A DNA stretch of 58,892 bases, taken from IMG/VR virus record IMGVR_UViG_3300012912_000001, positions 1 to 58,892 of that record. The stretch is one strand, 5' to 3'. Every line of letters begins with the position of its first letter. The first letter of the stretch is position 1. This document shows, one piece after another, positions 1-8,860 of the stretch. Made by a program: the position numbers and the translations under genes. A model generated the notes under the pieces. It was not told the origin of the DNA and searched no databases. It saw only the letters and a program-made list of their open reading frames with translations. The stretch is from a virus. Taxonomy: Duplodnaviria; Caudoviricetes.

Positions 1-123
1 CGCGTTCGGGTCGTCGAGGTCGACATGCGATACGAGCAGCCCATCCTGCAATCCAGGGTCGGCAGTGTCGCGCGCTTCATCGCCCAACTCCGCGGCCCCG
101 AGGCGCAGCCGTTTTTCGTTCAG
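1..123. repeat. Terminal direct repeat (copy 1), identical to 58770-58892; circular assembly overlap
   Basis: The first 123 nt match the last 123 nt; an ORF starting at 58740 reads through the junction to a TGA at 178-180. Confidence 0.95.
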
Positions 124-247
124 TTCGACGATGGTTTTCGCGCATGGGTCGCGGCTATCGCACGGGAGGTCGCGCCATGAACGACGTCATCGCCTTGGCC
201 ATCGTCTTCGCGTTCATGGCATTTCAGGCCTGGCTCAGGTGGCGCCG

Positions 248-484
248 ATGAGCGCGGTGCTCGTCGGTCTCATCGCGTTCGCGGTGTTCTGCGCCGCATC
301 GGTTCTCCTTGACCTCGCCTACGACCTGTTGCGCAAGCGCAGGGCGCGGCGGGAACTCGACGAGCTGACTCGCGAGCTCGAGCGCGAGAAAGCTGACCTG
401 CTCGTCCTGCAGGCAAGGCTGGCCGCTGAGACGAAGATGCGGGACCAGATGCGCAACCCGAACAGGCACAAGGAGTGGTCATGA
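248..484 (+). CDS. Small membrane protein with coiled-coil C-terminus
   Basis: Hydrophobic N-terminus MSAVLVGLIAFAVFCAASVLL; start/stop overlaps with neighbouring ORFs. Confidence 0.55.
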   Translation: MSAVLVGLIAFAVFCAASVLLDLAYDLLRKRRARRELDELTRELEREKADLLVLQARLAAETKMRDQMRNPNRHKEWS

Positions 485-690
485 GCGAATGGGCCAGGCA
501 GTACGCTCGCACCCTCAGCGACGATGAGCTCGACGTCGCGGTGGCTGACGCCGACAAGAGGCACCGCGACGCATGTCGTGCTGCTACCCGTGCGGCGAAA
601 GACTCGTGCGACGCTGACGATGCGCAGCATGAGGCGCTTCAGGAACTCGAGGCCATCCAAGCAGAGCAGAAGAACCGGAGGAAGCCATGA
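481..690 (+). CDS. Hypothetical protein
   Basis: RBS AGGAG upstream; ATGA coupling with the previous and next genes. Confidence 0.55.
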   Translation: MSEWARQYARTLSDDELDVAVADADKRHRDACRAATRAAKDSCDADDAQHEALQELEAIQAEQKNRRKP

Positions 691-929
691 GTAACATCAA
701 CATCATCGCGCTCTGCATCGGGGCCGCGCTCGCGTGCCTCGGCTCCCTCGTGTTCGGCCTTGGCGTCGAGGGATGGGCCAGTGCCGCGCGAGAACGGAGG
801 CGGCTCCTGGTAGGCAGCTTCTACTCCTGGGGCAACGTCGAGGACATCCGCCGGGCCAGGGGACAGACCGCGGGCGGTCTCATCGCCACCGCCGCCGGCG
901 CGGCGCTCGTGGTGGTGGCGCTCACGTGA
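687..929 (+). CDS. Two-TM membrane protein
   Basis: Two hydrophobic segments; RBS GGAGG. Confidence 0.55.
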   Translation: MSNINIIALCIGAALACLGSLVFGLGVEGWASAARERRRLLVGSFYSWGNVEDIRRARGQTAGGLIATAAGAALVVVALT

Positions 930-1160
930 GGAGCCTCGGTGACCAACTCGACTCGCGCCGGTACAGATGCCGCGGCGACGTCCTGTCGTTTTTGATCGGC
1001 CTGCACGCTGCATCGCTCGGCCACGCCGCCGGTGCCATCATGCGCTGGCACCCGGCATTCGATGAGTTGGTCGGACTGCTTCCGTGTTCGGACTGGAGCG
1101 AGGCCTAGATTCACGCAGGGCGCCGGTGTGAGCGCATGTGACCGGTGGTAGCGTGCGCCG

Positions 1161-1958
1161 ATGCACACCACGCGCACGCTCCTCCTATCCATGGCGCTCT
1201 GCGCCGCCGTCGCATCACACGCATCGGCGTCGTGCGTCATCGGCCAGCCGGTAATCTACCGGCTGGATTCTACGCATAGTTACGCTGGTTACATCGTGAG
1301 CGAGGGCTCGGACGACTCGTGCAACCTGGTGATTTTAAGCAAGGTTTCTGAGTACTGGCCCGGATCAAGTCCGGGGACCAACGAGCCGTACGCCAAGGGT
1401 ATCCCCGGTGTCGTGCTGGGGACGAGCGACAACAGGTACCAGCTGAATCCGGCCGGTACGGGCCCCCAAGGCGCGACGGGGTCGACCGGGGCCATCGGGT
1501 CGACCGGGCCCACCGGCGCGACTGGAGCGACCGGCGCGCAGGGAATCCAGGGCATCCAGGGGACCCAGGGCACGACCGGCCCCGGGTCGAACATCTCGAG
1601 CACGAGCACGCCGACGCTCGCGCTGAACGGTTCGGCGGTCCAGTTCTCGACCACGAACGACGTCGAGTACAGCGTGGCCATCGACATCTCGGGCTCGGTT
1701 TCCATCAGCGGCGGCTATGACGGCGACGTCACGCTGCTCTGCGACGCTAACACGAACCCGTCGACCGTCGTGCAGGGCCCGCTCGGCAACCGTCAGACCG
1801 GAACCGTCGTGGTCGGCGTCGCGCTCACCGTCGGCGGCACGGTCCAGATTCGGCACCGGGTCCCCGTGGGACAGCGATGCAAGTTGACGACGACGAACAA
1901 CACCGGGACGCCAACGTACAGCATCCGGCGTCAGCTTGCGCAGGTGCTCGGGCCGTGA
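1161..1958 (+). CDS. Secreted collagen-like repeat protein
   Basis: Sec-type signal peptide (MHTTRTLLLSMALCAAVASHASA); 13 consecutive Gly-X-Y triplets (GPQ GAT GST...GTT); beta-rich C-terminal domain. Confidence 0.8.
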   Translation: MHTTRTLLLSMALCAAVASHASASCVIGQPVIYRLDSTHSYAGYIVSEGSDDSCNLVILSKVSEYWPGSSPGTNEPYAKGIPGVVLGTSDNRYQLNPAGTGPQGATGSTGAIGSTGPTGATGATGAQGIQGIQGTQGTTGPGSNISSTSTPTLALNGSAVQFSTTNDVEYSVAIDISGSVSISGGYDGDVTLLCDANTNPSTVVQGPLGNRQTGTVVVGVALTVGGTVQIRHRVPVGQRCKLTTTNNTGTPTYSIRRQLAQVLGP

Positions 1959-2089
1959 CATAGCTCGAGCATCGCCACCGCTCGACCGGAGCCGCAACGG
2001 GCCCATAACCCAACTTGCCGTCTTGTCAGACCCGGACCCGAGCGACAACGGAGACGAGTAGCGGAGACGAGTAGCGAGCGGGAACTCGC

Positions 2090-2133
2090 AGCCCCGGCAG
2101 GGCGTTCCGACTCTGCCGGGGCTTGTTGTTCTT
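2090..2133 (+). terminator. Intrinsic terminator-like hairpin
   Basis: AGCCCCGGCAGGG / CTCTGCCGGGGCT stem followed by TGTTGTTCTT. Confidence 0.7.
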
Positions 2134-2160
2134 GCGCTCGACGGATGACGCTGTCATCAT
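2132..2160 (+). promoter_or_regulatory. Sigma70-like promoter with palindromic operator in the spacer
   Basis: TTGCGC-N17-CATCAT; GATGAC-GCT-GTCATC at 2144-2158; GTG start 6 nt after the -10. Confidence 0.6.
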
Positions 2161-2166
2161 CGTGGC

Positions 2167-3270
2167 GTGAAGAATCTCGTAGCCGAACTCATGGAGCGCG
2201 AGCCGGAGAAGTGGCTCGACATCCTAGCCGATACCTACAAGGTTTCGGCTACGCGAGACGGGGACCTCGTCTCGCTCAAGTACGACCAACTGGAGTCGCC
2301 CATGCACGAGCCAATCGTGCAGCAGTGCCGTGGCATGGTCGTGCACACGGCGGTGCGCCGTGTGCTGGCATGGCCTTACAACAAGTTCTTCAATCACGGC
2401 GAGGCTGGCGCTGCAGACATCGACTGGTCGAGCGCTCGCGTACAGGAGAAGCTCGACGGTTCGCTCATGATTCTCTACGCCGAGGGTACGGATGACGGCC
2501 TGATGTGGCGCGTTGCGTCAAGCGGGACGCCCCGAGCCGGCGGTTCGTATGGTAGCGACAGTCGCACCTTCAGCGAAGCGTTTTGGGAGACTTGGTTTGG
2601 GCTTGGCCTCGACATCGAGGCCGCCAACTTCGAGGCGACCTACATGTTCGAGCTGTGCGATTCGCCGAATCGCGTCGTCGTGCGACACAATAAGCCGCGC
2701 CTCGTGCTCCATGGAGGGCGCTGGCTGGAGTCCGGCGTCGAGCTCACGCGGGACGAGCTAGTGGAGGCGGCGTACGGCATGGGCTGCGAGCTCGTCAAGG
2801 AGTTCCCCATCCACGGCATCGCCGATGTCATCGCTGCGGCTGATGCGCTTGACCCCATCCAGCAAGAGGGGTTCGTGGTCGTCGACGACCGTGGCCATCG
2901 GGTCAAGGTCAAGTCGCCACGCTACGTCATCCTGCACCACCTCAAGGGCGAAGCGACCCCACGTCGCGCCATCGAGCTGTGGCAGACCGGAGAGACTGGC
3001 GAGCTCCTGGCCCACTTCCCGGAGTTCCTGACGGTCATCGGTCCAGTCCAGGAGCGATTGGATGCCATCGCCGTGCAGTCGGTGCGCGACTTCCATGAGG
3101 AGTTCCCGCGTCCATCGCGCAAGGAGTTCGCCCTGGCGGTCAAGGACCGCCCGCACGCCACCGTGCTGTTCCGTCTCATCGACCATGGCTCCGAGGCCAG
3201 CCTCGACCACGCCAAGGCCATCATGCGACGCCAGACGCCGGCATCGCTGGAAAGGATGCTGGGGCTATGA
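2167..3270 (+). CDS. RNA ligase, T4 Rnl1-like nucleotidyltransferase
   Basis: QCRG...PYNKFFN, motif I EKLDGS, FEL, EGFVV and RVKVKS motifs. Confidence 0.88.
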   Translation: MKNLVAELMEREPEKWLDILADTYKVSATRDGDLVSLKYDQLESPMHEPIVQQCRGMVVHTAVRRVLAWPYNKFFNHGEAGAADIDWSSARVQEKLDGSLMILYAEGTDDGLMWRVASSGTPRAGGSYGSDSRTFSEAFWETWFGLGLDIEAANFEATYMFELCDSPNRVVVRHNKPRLVLHGGRWLESGVELTRDELVEAAYGMGCELVKEFPIHGIADVIAAADALDPIQQEGFVVVDDRGHRVKVKSPRYVILHHLKGEATPRRAIELWQTGETGELLAHFPEFLTVIGPVQERLDAIAVQSVRDFHEEFPRPSRKEFALAVKDRPHATVLFRLIDHGSEASLDHAKAIMRRQTPASLERMLGL

Positions 3271-3487
3271 CCATCGGCATCGACTGGGCGAGAACGCATG
3301 CCTTCCACTGCCGCAACTGCGGCGTGAAGTGGACGGCCAACCCGGGCCAGTGCCCGAAGCCGTCTCCTGGCCGCGAGCTCGTCGACACCGGAGTTGGAGG
3401 CCACATGTTCAGCCTCACAGAGGATGACGTCATCCAGCGCGAGCGCGCCGAGTGGGAAGAGACCTGGCGCCCAGAGATGGGCGTGCC

Positions 3488-3745
3488 GTGAGCAACGAGC
3501 GCGAGTTCATCGTCAAGCGCCCGAAGAAGAATGGCGAGCCGGGCGTTCGCCTCGCCGACATGCGCACGGTCGTGGCGACCATTCGCCATGACCTCAAGGT
3601 CGGCAACCTCGAGCACGCGCGCACCATCGCCAGGCTGGCGTTCGCCACGTCCGAGGACTTCGACCCGAACTTCGCGACGCCGAGGTCGCTGCGCTGGGTC
3701 TGCGATACCGTGAGCGCAAAGCTCGACGAGATGGAGCATGGGTGA
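3488..3745 (+). CDS. Hypothetical protein
   Basis: GTGA-coupled ORF in the operon after the ligase. Confidence 0.5.
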   Translation: MSNEREFIVKRPKKNGEPGVRLADMRTVVATIRHDLKVGNLEHARTIARLAFATSEDFDPNFATPRSLRWVCDTVSAKLDEMEHG

Positions 3746-3941
3746 TGAGCATCAGCGCCCTGCGTGAGCTCGAGACAGTCGTTGGCAGCATCGCTCGCGT
3801 TGTCAACAAGCCTCATTGCGAGGACTACATGCACTGCCTCGGTGAGCTCGTCATCGAGGCCTTCGCCAAGCTCAAGGCCGAGCTCGCGGAACAGGAAGCG
3901 GACGAGCAAGGCGATACCTGGGACCGAGACACGAGGGACCC

Positions 3942-4406
3942 ATGACCACATCCCGCCGTGAGCGCAACAAGGCCGCCTCCGTGCGCGAGTGGCTGGCGCG
4001 CGAGACGCCGGAGAACCTCGACTTGCTGACGCGACTACGTGAGCGCCTGGACCAGACCCTCGACGAGCGGCCCGACTTCGAGCTCGACGGCTCGCCGCGC
4101 ATCAACGCCGCCGGTCGGCAGATGATGCTGCCCGCCGACGTCAACGACTACGGCACACCGTCGCGCGACTGGTGTCGCGCCTACCAGCGCTACCAGGCCG
4201 GCTACCAGGTCGTGCTCGAGGGCGAGATGAAGACCGCCCAGCTCACCCCGGACGCCCAACGCATCAGCGCCGAGGAGTTCGACTCCGAGCTCCGCAAGCT
4301 CGCCCTGGAGGCCCTGCGCCAGCTCCCCGACGGCGAGATTCAAGCCGAACTCGCGCGACGCAACAAGACCGCGGTCATCGACATGACGGAGGATTTTGAC
4401 GCATGA
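3942..4406 (+). CDS. Hypothetical protein, possible terminase small subunit
   Basis: Helical; C-terminal LPDGEIQAELARR resembles TerS tails; weak support. Confidence 0.35.
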   Translation: MTTSRRERNKAASVREWLARETPENLDLLTRLRERLDQTLDERPDFELDGSPRINAAGRQMMLPADVNDYGTPSRDWCRAYQRYQAGYQVVLEGEMKTAQLTPDAQRISAEEFDSELRKLALEALRQLPDGEIQAELARRNKTAVIDMTEDFDA

Positions 4407-4539
4407 CACACGAGGAGTTCGACGTGTTCGTTGCTCACTATGCGGAGTTCAGACGGTCGCTAGTCGAAGCACTGATTGTCCTCTGCCGACTGCCGGACGA
4501 CATCGACCTTGACCGCTGGGCCGACGACGGAGGACGAGC

Positions 4540-4812
4540 GTGAGCGAAGAAATGACCGAGTTGAATCGATGGCTGACCGTCATCCGCTCCATGCCGAGCG
4601 GCGTCGTGGGCCTGAAGGCCACTGTCGACGACCTTACGGACGGCTATCGCCTGCGCGCCCATATGAGCGTCAATGGAACCATGTACGTCGCGTCCCTGGT
4701 CGTCTCGCACCACGCGACCGTCGCGATGAACGCGGCTGAGATGCGCAGCAGACTCGCTCATCTCGCCGGTGAGGTCGTCACCGGCTACAAGCTAGGGCTG
4801 GCTCAACCGTGA
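4540..4812 (+). CDS. Hypothetical protein
   Basis: RBS GGAGGA; coupled to the next ORF. Confidence 0.5.
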   Translation: MSEEMTELNRWLTVIRSMPSGVVGLKATVDDLTDGYRLRAHMSVNGTMYVASLVVSHHATVAMNAAEMRSRLAHLAGEVVTGYKLGLAQP

Positions 4813-5081
4813 ACATTCGCGGTCCCCTCCGCGTCTACTTCAACGTCCCGGGCGACAAGCCCTGGTGCGTGGCGCCAACCTCAGGCCTGTTCGAGGTCTG
4901 CGTCCGGTCCGTGACCCTCGTCGGCGTGCGCTGCGAAACGACGTACGCGCCGCAGACCACGGCCGAGTTCGAATCGAATCGCGAGTCGGGGACGCCCAGC
5001 GCATGGCTCGTGGTCTACGGCGACGCGCTGGTCGGCGACGGCGGTCATGCCGTCATCAAACCGTCAAGCGCCGTCAGTTAG
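4809..5081 (+). CDS. Hypothetical protein
   Basis: GTGA-coupled ORF. Confidence 0.5.
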   Translation: MNIRGPLRVYFNVPGDKPWCVAPTSGLFEVCVRSVTLVGVRCETTYAPQTTAEFESNRESGTPSAWLVVYGDALVGDGGHAVIKPSSAVS

Positions 5082-5385
5082 ACGGCGGTATCGGCGCCTG
5101 CTCCGGCGCACCGACAAGTCCGTCAAGCAGGGCGTCGAACTCGCTCATCGCGCGAGCCACCGTAGCCTCGTCGAGGTCGATGAATTCGAAGATGAAGCAC
5201 TCGATGAGCTCGGGTGGGATTGACGGGTTGGTGCTGAGCCAGACGCAAAGCCGCTCCGCATCTACCACGCCGGTCGACTCGAGCTTGCACTGCACCATCA
5301 CGTCATGCCGTGAGATGCGCGAGAACGCGCGGGTCATGAGGAACCCGAACAGCATGGCGCCGGGCGATGCGAGCGTCGTGGTCAT
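5074..5385 (-). CDS. Hypothetical protein
   Basis: RBS AAGGA; lies downstream of the RHH gene. Confidence 0.55.
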   Translation of the reverse strand: MTTTLASPGAMLFGFLMTRAFSRISRHDVMVQCKLESTGVVDAERLCVWLSTNPSIPPELIECFIFEFIDLDEATVARAMSEFDALLDGLVGAPEQAPIPPSN

Positions 5386-5403
5386 TTCTTCCTTGTCGGC
5401 CGC

Positions 5404-5628
5404 TCACGCGTCCGCCGCGAGGTACTTACCGCGCGCGATGCGCAGGCAGTTCCTGATGTAGTCCGACATGTTCATCCTCGGCTGCGGCGAGGTGAGCGTA
5501 GCGATGCGCTCGATGTCCTCGACCACCGCTCGCTCCTCTTCCGGAGGAAGCCGCACCATGACGCGGCGGTCCATGACCGTGCTGTCGGGCGCGACCGGCT
5601 TGCGTCGTTTCACGGGTTTCTTTGCCAT
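5404..5628 (-). CDS. Ribbon-helix-helix DNA-binding protein (candidate repressor)
   Basis: Basic N-terminus, beta strand RVMVRL, helix, then NMSDYIR second-helix signature. Confidence 0.65.
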   Translation of the reverse strand: MAKKPVKRRKPVAPDSTVMDRRVMVRLPPEEERAVVEDIERIATLTSPQPRMNMSDYIRNCLRIARGKYLAADA

Positions 5629-5634
5629 GTCGGC

Positions 5635-5664
5635 AGATTAGCGCCGACAGTGGACGCCGTCAAC
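5635..5664 (-). promoter_or_regulatory. Promoter/operator for the RHH gene
   Basis: Minus strand TTGACG-N17-TAATCT; GTTGAC-GGC-GTCCAC; ATG 6 nt after the -10. Confidence 0.7.
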
Positions 5665-5695
5665 CGGAGATCCGTGACGCCGCAGACGAGCACCA

Positions 5696-6901
5696 TCACG
5701 TCTCCACCCGCGGCATGTACTCGTGCCCGTAGTACCCGTACGTCGATGCAATGGCGTTATGACAGGTCATCTCCTGCGGCTGCGGAGAGAGGTGTCGAGC
5801 GCCCATACCGGGTAGAGGGCGCAGCTCCGGGTGCGTCCGGAACGTGTAGAGCTTGCGCGTACCGTCCGGCTCCGGGGTGCTGTTCGTCACCTCGATGGCG
5901 ACGTACGGCTCGTCATCAGGCTGCTCGATGCGGAGCAGCCGGCGCGGCTGTCCCAGTTGATCCACGTCTGAGTGAATTACCGTGGCGCCGATGTCGCGCA
6001 GGTAGCGGCCTGAGTCGCCCTTGTTGTAGGCGCCGACCAAGACACGCCTGACCTCGGCGTTGGGATCGTCTCGGATATCCGAAGCGGTCAGCGCGCCGCT
6101 CGCCATAGCCGCGCCTCGCTCAGGCGTTAGGCGGATGCCGTGCACTGCGTAGACCGCATACCCATCGGGCCAAGCCAATGCCGGCCCGTCGACGCGATGC
6201 AGTCGACGCTGCGAGTCGAACCGAGCTACCGATGGATGCTGGACCAGAATCGTCACTCCAGACCATGAGAACGCCATGAACGCAGCGCGCGCCATACGCT
6301 CCATCAACGCCAGCCGACGCTCCTGCTGCTCCGTGACTTTGACTCCGATATCAACGGCAAAGCGATAGTAAGCAAGCCAGTAGTTGTCGGCCTGACCCCA
6401 AGACCACCACTGTCCCCATGCTTCTTTGAGCTGGTCCCCGAGCTGGTCCCCGAGCTGGCCCCTGAGCTGGCCCCTGAGCTGGTCCCAGAGCTGGTCCCCG
6501 AGCTGGCCCCTGAGCTGGTCCCAGAGCTGGTCCCTGAGCTGGTCCCTGAGCTGGTCCCAGAGCTGGTCCCTGAGCTGGCCCCAGAGCTGGTCCCCGAGCT
6601 GGTCCCCGAGCTGGTCCCTGAGCTGGCCCCAGAGCTGGTCCCCGAGCTGGACCCCGAGCTGGACCCCGAGCACGTGCTTCAGCGCCCAATGCATAAGCAT
6701 TGCCTGAATCGGCGACTGCGCCCACAGCAAGAACCGTGGCGCATCGACACCTACTTCTGCGTACGCGTCCAGAACCGCCTGACGCCCGAGCGCAGCGCAC
6801 TCATCGTCATGACCAGTCCGAGTTCCGATGGCGCGAGCCTCCTCGCGCCACTCAACCAATCGACTCTCTTGTTCCGGCGTGAGCTTCGTAATTTTCTTCA
6901 C
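5696..6901 (-). CDS. DUF6745-like domain protein with tetrapeptide repeat tract
   Basis: N-terminal LTPEQ..L..W, QSP motif, RLHRVDGPALAWPDGYAVYAVHG, NAEVRR, VTNSTPEPDGT. Confidence 0.8.
   Translation of the reverse strand: MKKITKLTPEQESRLVEWREEARAIGTRTGHDDECAALGRQAVLDAYAEVGVDAPRFLLWAQSPIQAMLMHWALKHVLGVQLGVQLGDQLWGQLRDQLGDQLGDQLWGQLRDQLWDQLRDQLRDQLWDQLRGQLGDQLWDQLRGQLRGQLGDQLGDQLKEAWGQWWSWGQADNYWLAYYRFAVDIGVKVTEQQERRLALMERMARAAFMAFSWSGVTILVQHPSVARFDSQRRLHRVDGPALAWPDGYAVYAVHGIRLTPERGAAMASGALTASDIRDDPNAEVRRVLVGAYNKGDSGRYLRDIGATVIHSDVDQLGQPRRLLRIEQPDDEPYVAIEVTNSTPEPDGTRKLYTFRTHPELRPLPGMGARHLSPQPQEMTCHNAIASTYGYYGHEYMPRVET
6428..6667 (-). repeat. 20 tandem 12-nt units CAG CTC NGG GNC encoding Q-L-[G/R/W]-[D/G/V]
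   Basis: Direct reading: GAGCTGG[T/C/A]CCC[C/T/A] repeats on the plus strand. Confidence 0.95.
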
Positions 6902-6907
6902 CCGGAC

Positions 6908-6937
6908 ACCTTACCAATCTCGGTTGACGCTGTCAAC
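6908..6937 (-). promoter_or_regulatory. Promoter/operator for the DUF6745-like gene
   Basis: TTGACA-N17-TAAGGT on the minus strand; perfect GTTGAC-N3-GTCAAC at 6923-6937; GTG 6 nt after the -10. Confidence 0.75.
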
Positions 6938-7290
6938 TAGTCTGCGACCTGCCTCGGCAACTCGCCCGGCTGGTACTCAGCATGGATGGTTACCTGGTAC
7001 AGTCCCGGCGGCAGCGTCACGGTATGGTGCTCCTCGTGCTCGAGCTTGACCGGAGCCGGACCCATGACCCGCAGGAAACGCCGGTCGCTCTCGTCGCGAT
7101 ACAGCGAAGCGTGGCGCTGCGGGATGCGGTGAGCATGGCCGGTGACCTCGCCTTCCTGCAGCACGAGCCCGCGCTTGCTGCGCGGCAACTCGGTCTCGGT
7201 CGCGCTCGGCTCGTCCACGTCGCTGATACGCTCCAGTAGAACGTCGCCCTGTCGATAGATTTCACGCTTCATGTCGTTGTCCTTGTTCAT
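6937..7290 (-). CDS. His-rich partner protein of DUF6745-like proteins
   Basis: YRQGDVLL...LQEGEVTGHAHRI...LEHEEHH..LPPGLYQV motifs. Confidence 0.75.
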   Translation of the reverse strand: MNKDNDMKREIYRQGDVLLERISDVDEPSATETELPRSKRGLVLQEGEVTGHAHRIPQRHASLYRDESDRRFLRVMGPAPVKLEHEEHHTVTLPPGLYQVTIHAEYQPGELPRQVAD

Positions 7291-7844
7291 CGGTTGTCTC
7301 CAGATCCAGAAAGTACGCCACGTGCCTTGCGCGACGCCAGTTTCGCGATGTTGCCCTCCGCGCACTGCTCGAGGGTCAGGTCATTGTACTCGGCGATGCC
7401 ATGAAGCTCCTCGAGCACACTTCTGAGTCGAGCCCCAAGCTCGGCCCGGCTCAGCTCAACGCCATCGCCATCGCGCCAGGCCTTTTTGACCATCTCTGCC
7501 ACCTGAGCGCAGGCAACGGCGAGCTGCTCTCCGCCACCGAACGAGTGGACACCGGCACAGACATCGTCCCAGTCTCCGAGGTCAATTTTGGTGCATGTCG
7601 CAATCTCGGCGACATACCAAAGCACGTCGCCGATTTCCTTGGCGAGCCCGTCAATATCGTGGGCCCAGAAGCATGCGATGACCTCCCCGGCCTCGCCGCA
7701 CAGGCCGAGCGCCGGGTAGACTGGGATTTCCTTTCCGCCCGTCCAGATCGTTCCGGTCTGGCCATCGAATGCGACCTGTATGTGGACGCGCGGATAGACC
7801 GCGGTCTCCGCAGCCTTCCGCTGGTACTCGGCAAAGGTCATCAT
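7287..7844 (-). CDS. mazG: MazG-like nucleotide pyrophosphohydrolase
   Basis: MTFAEYQRKAAETAVYP, LGLCGEAGEV, KEIGDVLWYV, NIAKLASRKARGVLSGSGDNR. Confidence 0.85.
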   Translation of the reverse strand: MMTFAEYQRKAAETAVYPRVHIQVAFDGQTGTIWTGGKEIPVYPALGLCGEAGEVIACFWAHDIDGLAKEIGDVLWYVAEIATCTKIDLGDWDDVCAGVHSFGGGEQLAVACAQVAEMVKKAWRDGDGVELSRAELGARLRSVLEELHGIAEYNDLTLEQCAEGNIAKLASRKARGVLSGSGDNR

Positions 7845-8089
7845 CGTTCCACCGTGTTCGGCTTGATGGGGTCGTCGTGTTCGACGGAGTGGCACTCGAA
7901 CTCGAGGTGCCATCCCGTCGAGCCCCACGGGGTACAGTCGCTACCCGAGTCCGCCTGCGCTTTCCATGCGGCGTTCAGGCGCCCTTCGATGTCATCGGTC
8001 CACGTCTTCCACGCGCCCCCGAAGTGGGACGCAAGGTGCACGCGCTGGCCGCTCTCGTCATGGACGAGCCACATGCGATTGTTCGCCAT
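7841..8089 (-). CDS. Hypothetical protein (MANNRMWLVH...)
   Basis: RBS AAGGAG; ATGA-coupled to mazG. Confidence 0.5.
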   Translation of the reverse strand: MANNRMWLVHDESGQRVHLASHFGGAWKTWTDDIEGRLNAAWKAQADSGSDCTPWGSTGWHLEFECHSVEHDDPIKPNTVER

Positions 8090-8243
8090 CAGGCACTCCT
8101 TGAGAACGCCCCGATGACCGAGGCGACGACGAAGGCTCCGATGGCGACGCAGATGCCGAACCCGCGCAGGCCGAGGCTGAACGCCAGCGTGACCCAGCCA
8201 GCGGTTCCGCCGACGCACATGAGCGGCACGATCCAGCGCTCGC

Positions 8244-8438
8244 TCACCAGCGCACCAGGTATTCGTCGTGCGGGTGGACGACGTTGGCGTCGTGTGCCCC
8301 GCCGTGGTCACTGTAGCGAGCGCAGCGGTACTCGATTTCCACTTCCCCAGCAGGAAGACGGATGACGTACGCGCACCGGGACTCGGGTCCCTGTGCCACA
8401 TGGATGCGTATCTTTTCGGTTCGCTCGGTTCGAGGCAT
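8244..8438 (-). CDS. Hypothetical protein (MPRTERTEKIRIH...)
   Basis: Starts 7 nt after a predicted -10. Confidence 0.5.
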   Translation of the reverse strand: MPRTERTEKIRIHVAQGPESRCAYVIRLPAGEVEIEYRCARYSDHGGAHDANVVHPHDEYLVRW

Positions 8439-8445
8439 GAGACCG

Positions 8446-8556
8446 ACCATAACGCTCACGGATGACGCTGTCAACATCGATGGCCGGCATCGACGCTGCG
8501 CGTCACATGCCCCGTGTCGATTATCGGTTGACACCGTCAACATCGAGCCGCATGAT
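8446..8556. promoter_or_regulatory. Divergent promoter pair, each with a palindromic operator
   Basis: Minus: TTGACA-N17-TATGGT (operator 8461-8475). Plus: TTGACA-N17-CATGAT (operator GTTGAC-ACC-GTCAAC, 8527-8541). Confidence 0.75.
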
Positions 8557-8563
8557 GGGCGAC

Positions 8564-8728
8564 ATGAAGACGAAGATGACCAAGGCCAACGTGATGAAGA
8601 TGGTCGGATGCCGCGTCTCCTACCGAGGTGACGACCTGCTCATCGAAAAGACGGAGCACATGGGAGCCGGCGGGTGGATGCTCAAGCTTTCATCGGGCGC
8701 CATCCTCCGTCCGGAGGAGCTGAAGTGA
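8564..8728 (+). CDS. Small hypothetical protein, probably leaderless
   Basis: ATG 7 nt after the -10 CATGAT. Confidence 0.5.
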   Translation: MKTKMTKANVMKMVGCRVSYRGDDLLIEKTEHMGAGGWMLKLSSGAILRPEELK

Positions 8729-8782
8729 ACGTAATCCAGCCTCTCGCACAGTTGGCATCCCCCCCCCGCCACCTGACCGCTG

Positions 8783-8860
8783 GGCGAAACGCCGCATGCG
8801 TCACCCCTCTGCATGTGGCGTCCGCTGGACTCGGCCTACCAGCGCTGATGAAGCCAGGCC
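8783..8860 (+). ncRNA. Hammerhead ribozyme, type II topology
   Basis: GGC-GAAA-stem III (8790-8800/8810-8820)-UC cleavage site (GUC)-stem I CGCUGG/CCAGCG-CUGAUGA-(A)-GCC; loop I GGCCU can pseudoknot with 3' AGGCC. Confidence 0.85.

Noticed and set aside
1-123. Terminal repeat as a biological direct terminal repeat
   Set aside because: It falls in the middle of an ORF and is k-mer-sized, so it is most likely the assembler's circular overlap.
1985-2045. Possible twister or other ribozyme
   Set aside because: Conserved core motifs could not be placed convincingly.
6428-6667. Repeat array as a CRISPR or DGR element
   Set aside because: Units are in-frame 12-mers with no spacers; no cas or reverse transcriptase gene is present.
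8759-8767. C9 homopolymer upstream of the hammerhead as a phase-variation switch
   Set aside because: It is intergenic and not between recognisable promoter boxes, so no effect of length change is evident.
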